Positions 51,927 through 57,850 of a DNA stretch of 57,850 nucleotides are shown here, one piece after another. The stretch is from the NCBI RefSeq assembly GCF_001194135.2, contig NC_068998.1:193843-251692 (forward strand). The letters run 5' to 3'. Below the pieces are notes generated by a model that saw only the letters and a program-made list of their open reading frames with translations, made no database searches and was not told where the DNA came from. The DNA is from Octopus bimaculoides. Its lineage: Eukaryota. How positions within the stretch are numbered: position 1 is the stretch's first letter; each line of letters begins with the position of its first letter. Both the position numbers and the translations under genes were made by a program.

Positions 51927-54900
51927 ATTATTATTATTACTATTATTATTATTATTATTATTATTGAGCGAAGAAATATATGTTTACAAAGACTATAATA
52001 CTTGGGTGTTGCAGTTGTGTTATATAAATGAAATTCTAGCAACTATTTTCACTAAAGCATACAGACATACCATGCAAAGCTGGTGTCATTTCAGAAAAAG
52101 GATCTCTATTCACTGCTTGTTAAATGTTTTGATTGTAATTGAGTGTTTATAAATGTGTCTTGAAATGAAAACCAATTGGCTGAGTTTGCTGAGAGTATTA
52201 TATCATTAAGGACTATAAAAGTGAAAATAAAGATGATAAATTGTTTATTTCTCTTTTTGGAATGTTAAGTTGACATCTGGGAATACAAGTTATGTTATGG
52301 TAAAAATTCTTTGTGAAGAGATGTTTGTATTTTAGTGAACCCTAAAACTCTGTGTTCAGCTCTTTATTTACTGTTAAGGCTGTGATCTCTACTCTGAGTT
52401 TACTTTAATCTTGCAGACTGTGTTGTCTTTTAATTTATTTAGAAATTGCCTTCAGTTTCGCCTGAAGTTTCATACACTACTTGCTGGCTAAAAATAAAAA
52501 CCTTTCTTTGTTTTATAGTCTTTACTATTTAATTTGACACAATGCAGATAGAATCAGAATACCCCCTCCCCCATCTCCTCCATCACATCCCCTCCACCTC
52601 ATCCCTCTCCCCTTTTCCAATACCACCATTACAACACATCCCCCTCCATCCCACGCCCTCATGACTAATTAAAATCTACTTGCAACCAAATATAATTAAT
52701 TGACCTGCAACTAACCATAATCCAGTTACAACTAGTTTCAAATAACATCTTGTACTTACAACCAATTAACTATGTCCTCCTCCTCCTCCTCTACCACTTA
52801 CACCCCACCCCTTCTATACAATAGCCTCTGCTCCTCTGTTCTGTATTTAAAAGACAGTTACATCACCAAATAGGGTCGTATTCTTTGATATACTTGTCCA
52901 TCTTTACTGCATCACCCTTACAAATCTTTCTGGAAGCTTTCACTTCCTACTTTAAACTTTAACCATTCTACCTTCAATAGTTGTTGTTGTCACCAGTCAG
53001 CTGTCACTGAGCAGACCTATAATGAAAAGCATTCTAGCCATGACTATCCTGTCCTATTCTTGGCTATTATGCATCTAGTATTCCATTATCAGGTGTGTCC
53101 CTTTTTAAAAGGTGTTAGGCTTTGATTAAACTGAGATTTGGTTGTTGTTTCTTGCAGTTATTACCTATATTTCCCAGATTAAAGACAACTTCATCTGACA
53201 TAATTCTCTTACATTTGCTGTATTTAACAAGAAATTAAATCTCTTTTTGGTATTCTTTTATTCATGAAGTCCTAAGTGAGTTTTTTTGTTTGTTAAAGTA
53301 TGAAGTTGTTGTAAATAGAAAGTTTCAACAGTTCCAACCAAATAAACGAAATGCCTTAAATTTGCTTAATTCAACCAGGATTCAGTGACACTTTACTACA
53401 CTGTTTGATATATTTTGCTTTCTTTACACAGGTTGTCTTTGACACTTGTTCTTGTAAAGATGTTTCTCAATAGTGTGAACCATTTCCATATCAAAAAGTT
53501 CTGGTGTTGTTAATATCTACAGATTATCTAACATCAGTTTGCTGCCTTCTGGTTTATACATCTCCACACCTCATTATTTCAGATCCTACAAATAGGTTCT
53601 CTTCACAAAGAAAACCTGTAGACTGTTGGGTCAAAAAACATAAAATACAGCTACAAATCATGAATGTCTGCTCTATAAATAATCTACTTTTATAACTTCT
53701 TTCCTATTATTGACTGTCTGAGAGAGCTTTTATTCCAATTACATTGATGTTGGGTGTGATTATTACAGTTTAAATAATTGTCTAATGTTCTCTTGTATAC
53801 TAAACGGAGGAAAAAAACAAACAAACAAACAAACCATACTGAAGGTAGTTCTAAAGTGAAGTAGTGTTGCATAAGTGTGATTATATTATGATAAATCCGA
53901 ACATAATATCGAGAACAAGATGGGAGTGGTGAAAATAGGTTTGTCCAGTGTAACATGTTTGAAATGGATCTAGTATAGCACCGAAAACAACAACAGAGTG
54001 GCAGAAGTGGCGGCAGTGGCAGCATTTATGGTGGTGGTGGTGTATTAACAGTAAAAGAAATACAAAGATGCTGACTTGAGCTAGATCAATATTCCTAATT
54101 AGGAGAAATCATTTATAAAATAATGTAGGATTTTGATAATTCAAGACAAAGTAATTGGTTTTTAGCTATTGTTTTGTAACCCATTTTAAAAATCTATGTT
54201 TAATCTGCAGAAATATCTTTCTGGGAGGAAGATATTACTTTACACTTTCTATCAATTTGATTGCAGATGGTTGTGTAGTCTTGAAATGTGTTTTTTTAAG
54301 TACAAGGTTCAAGTTTGATCCTACTTCACACCATCTTGGCCAAGTATGTTCCATCACAATTTCAGGACAACCAAAGTCTTATGAGACAGAAACTGTGTGG
54401 AAGCCTATCAATTGGATAATTTGATGATGATGATGTGGTGGACGTCATTCATTATCCAGTTAAACATTGCCATCTGATCATTGGCTACCTTTAGTTGGGG
54501 GTACACCTTGTTGCATTCAGGTCAGATCTCTGGCCTCATGATAAATTCCTGCTTTCCTCCCTGCCCCTATTTTAGGGGCCCTAATAAAAGACCCAACTGA
54601 GTGACCTTTCCTCCTTTGGCCAAACCAAAAGACAAAACAAGTCAGTAAAATAAAAAAATATGTATTTGTCATAATTTGTTTCCCAACATATTTGATGATA
54701 GGGGAGCTACAAAAGGGGTTTTCATGTGGTACCCCTAGGATGACAATCTCCTTTCTTCACCAAGTGGCACTCAAAATGGAGAGAAAGTTAAACTCGGCTC
54801 AGCTAACAAATGAAATACAATCTTTACTGATTACTATTTATGTCTACATGGAACAATCCATTATAGTGATGAGCTATAGCACATGTTACATGTTTTTTTT

Positions 54901-55557
54901 CACTTGGTGGAACAGTTCATTACAGTGTCATAGTCCTAAGGTGGTGGTCATCCAGTCAAAACACAAGCTGTATTGATTCCATTAGTTGCAGCCTTATTTA
55001 TTCATTGAACAAGCTGTTGGCAGGCCATAATACAACAAGACTGGCTTTTATTTAATTATGTTTCATTTAAAAAACAAATATTTTCTAAAGAGAAGAAATT
55101 ATATTGTTCGTTTAGTAAACAGGTGAATCAGGTTATTACAACCAAGTATTTATAATACTTAATGTGACAATGATTTTAATTAATGAAGACTAACTGTTAT
55201 TTGTCTCTCAGTCATCTTCAGCTCAACCTCAAAAACACCTTCAGGTTCCCTGTACAAGACTCAAATGTGACTAGCAATGAATAGCTGCTACAGTCTTATT
55301 GTCATGAAGTCCTTTACCAACACACTCCAACCTCTTCCTGTATGCTGCGTCTTCTCACTCTCATCTTTCTATAGTTACTACAGTGGTCTCTGCTCTTCAC
55401 AGTTAACTAATCTTGTGCCACCTCCACTTAAATACTTTAGACTCCTCACTAATATTGTATCCCGCTTCTCAAGTCTTTCATCACTTGTTTCTCTCAAACA
55501 TGTGTGTGTGTGTGTGTGTATGTGTGTGCGTGCGTGTGTGCGTGCGTGTGTGCGTGT

Positions 55558-55589
<32 letters not shown>

Positions 55590-56202
55590 ACAGTTGACAC
55601 TCCCTTTCAAATGTAGACCAGATACTGTTTGATCAATGTTTGCATGTTAGTAAAATAAATATCTTTAAGATAGATAAAATTTCCGTCACCTTATCTTCCT
55701 ATCATTTTAGCCATTTGAGTATTATCAATCTCTCTCAGTTGATTCTCTCTATAAAAACAAATATAACCTTTCATTTCAACACCCCAACTTATCATTATCT
55801 AATATCTGTCTGCCATAACAATCAATAGCCACAATTATTATCCTCTCTCTTGGCAAATCTTAATATTTCTTTCATACATTTTTCTGTCCCTTTTTATCTA
55901 TTCAGACACTTTTCTCTCTATTTCTGGTCATTTTTACACACCAGCTCTCCTTTCTTTCCCTTATTTTCTTATCAGTTTAATCTTTTGTGTTTACATTAAT
56001 GCAAAGAACATATCTTACTGTTTCTCTCAGCCTCTCTCCCCACCCCCACACACTGTGACCTGTCTGTAATCAATAATAATGATAAATATGCACTTTGATT
56101 GATTGTATAATACTTTCCCTTACTCGTTTTGTCAATATCAACTTTGCCATTTGTCTTCTTAATAATAATTTAATAATAAGGCATCTAAGGTGATGATATA
56201 TA

Positions 56203-56234
<32 letters not shown>

Positions 56235-56794
56235 CTGAAACCTTTCACTGTCCCTAATTAAGTCAAAACTCACACTGTCTCTAAAAGATGACCAATGGAT
56301 TAACTAACCTGTTAGTTCAGCCACCTACATTAAACATATGAAAAAGAAAGTATAAAACAGAGGGAGGGCGAGGGAGAATTGTTCACTGGCTGGCACTTTT
56401 GTTAATCTGGGAACTGATACATGGTCATTGAACTTGCTAAAAATAACAGTCAAAATTCTTACAAATGACATCCTTATGCGATATTGAACAATATTGTCCT
56501 TGACATTCAAATGACAGGATTGTTATGAATAGAATGTTGTTTATTATAATTTTGTTCAAGTACAACTGATTTGGAAATACACAACAAAGTTTACTTTGAG
56601 CCAATTCCCCACCCCACTTCCACACATTACTAGATCTAGCAGCCACAGTTGTCTTAAATTACACCCTATCATCTTAAATTAGAGAAGGACATAATGGAAA
56701 TTATAGTCTCATATACACAGACAGGCAAGATAATACATACATACATACATACACGCACACATACATATACATGCATGCATGCATACATATAAAA

Positions 56795-57030
56795 TCATCA
56801 TCATCATCATCATTATTTAACCTCTACTTTGCATGCCAGCATGGGTTGGACAGTTTGACATGGTGCTGGCTAGAAGGGAGCTGTGTGTGGTGGCATGGTT
56901 GTTATGATTGGATGCCCTTCTTAACAGGGTGTGCTGGGTGCTTTTTACCATCATGGGTGTGTTTACACAGCACTGGCACAGGTGCTTTTTAAGTGGCACC
57001 CACACCTGAAAGGACAAGCCTGTATGTGTG
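56795..57030 (-). mobile_element. Decayed RTE-tail-derived short element
   Basis: (CAT)n...GCATGCCAGCATGGGTTGGACAGTTTGAC...GGATGCCCTTCTTAAC. Confidence 0.6.
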
Positions 57031-57424
57031 GAAGATGTAATATATCCTCATGCGTCCCCCATTTTTTGTAGAATGTTTGAGTGTAGTTCGACTGCTATTT
57101 CTAGCAAGTTGTAAAGTCTTTCATTGATTTGTAGCCATCTTTGTGTATGATATAATCATACCCTTTATAGCTACTCCAATATATATTATAGATACACCTC
57201 TTATAGCTGATTCTGTATATGACATACAAAGGTAAAGATTAAGAATATATGTATGTTGTATGTCATAGCGCTGTTCACTGTACATCATAGAGACACCCTT
57301 AATAGCTACCCTTATATATCTCATACACTTACCCTTAATAAGAGAAACAAATTAAAAAGCCATCAGTTACTGACAGTTGTCTATTTAAAATAGTTGCTAC
57401 AAGCACCTCATGTATTTATTGGAA

Positions 57425-57685
57425 ACAAAGTGCAACTTCAGAAATAAGACCCATTGTCCGTTATTAGGGAATTGTTGTACCCGTAACGTAGTGTGCAGAT
57501 GCATTATAAGAACAATATCCGAGAATTATATTTACATAGGATGTAGTATTAATGTGAAACAGAGAATATATAACCATATAGTCTTCTTTTAGACTAAGAC
57601 ATAAGGCAAATAGTACGACATTAAAAGATAATGGTATTAATTTTAGCCTTAAATGGGAAATTTCTGCTTTTGGCAAACTCATATT
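57425..57685 (+). mobile_element. Penelope-like element, GIY-YIG endonuclease fragment (frameshifted)
   Basis: CNFRNKTHCPLLGNCCTRNVVCRCIIRTISENYIYIGCSINVKQRIYNH, then after a frameshift SSFRLRHKANSTTL-KDNGINFSLKWEI. Matches the Penelope CNC..CPL.GNC / YIG / NH..SF / ST.L / KWEI pattern. Confidence 0.85.
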
Positions 57686-57850
57686 TGGGGAAATTTCTGC
57701 TTTTGACAAAATCATATTTGGGGAAATTTCTGCTAGAAATAGCAGCTAAATCACCGTTTTTGGCAAAATATTTGGGGAAATTTCTGCTTTTGGCAAAATC
57801 ATATTTGGCGAAATTTCTGCTAGAAATAGCAGCTAAATCAGCGTTTTTGG
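57655..57850. repeat. Composite tandem repeat (33-bp unit plus a 54-bp variant), runs off the window end
   Basis: G(G/C)GAAATTTCTGCT recurs at 57655, 57688, 57721, 57775 and 57808 (spacings 33, 33, 54, 33). Confidence 0.9.

Noticed and set aside
1-57850. Most ORFs in the supplied track (CVCV, YIYI, ERER, LSLS, HTHT, poly-I/L/Y/T/S runs)
   Set aside because: Translations of di- and trinucleotide microsatellites or N gaps; no domain content
57655-57850. Terminal tandem repeats as a CRISPR array
   Set aside because: No unique spacers, eukaryotic context, no cas genes; same for 6464-6541

Overview
Eukaryotic, AT-rich, very microsatellite-dense DNA from a gapped assembly (N runs at 2608-2617, 3150-3282, 4956-4965, 22203-22855, 41952-42178). 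The SINE and RTE-LINE repertoire looks like that of Octopus (inference from recalled repeat families, no database search). No host protein could be identified, and nearly all ORFs in the supplied track are translations of microsatellites. Recognisable coding sequence is all retroelement-derived: a young 5'-truncated RTE LINE with a PHD-type finger inside its RT (21867-23195), decayed RTE fragments, two R4/Dong-type RLE fragments (minus strand), and a Penelope GIY-YIG fragment at the right edge. Most notable signals: (i) a CpG-rich promoter-like segment at about 19.7-19.9 kb, to the right of which DNA is CpG-depleted and SINE CpGs are deaminated, suggesting a methylated gene body of more than 38 kb, probably on the + strand, whose exons are only candidates; (ii) a 104-bp-arm hairpin at 48586-48800 and inverted SINE/LINE-tail pairs that could form dsRNA; (iii) a perfect 298-bp palindrome at 1295-1592, possibly an artefact; (iv) a composite minisatellite arising from Penelope coding DNA plus a SINE 21-mer; (v) decayed hammerhead-like motifs. 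I found no convincing evidence of a new multi-gene system.
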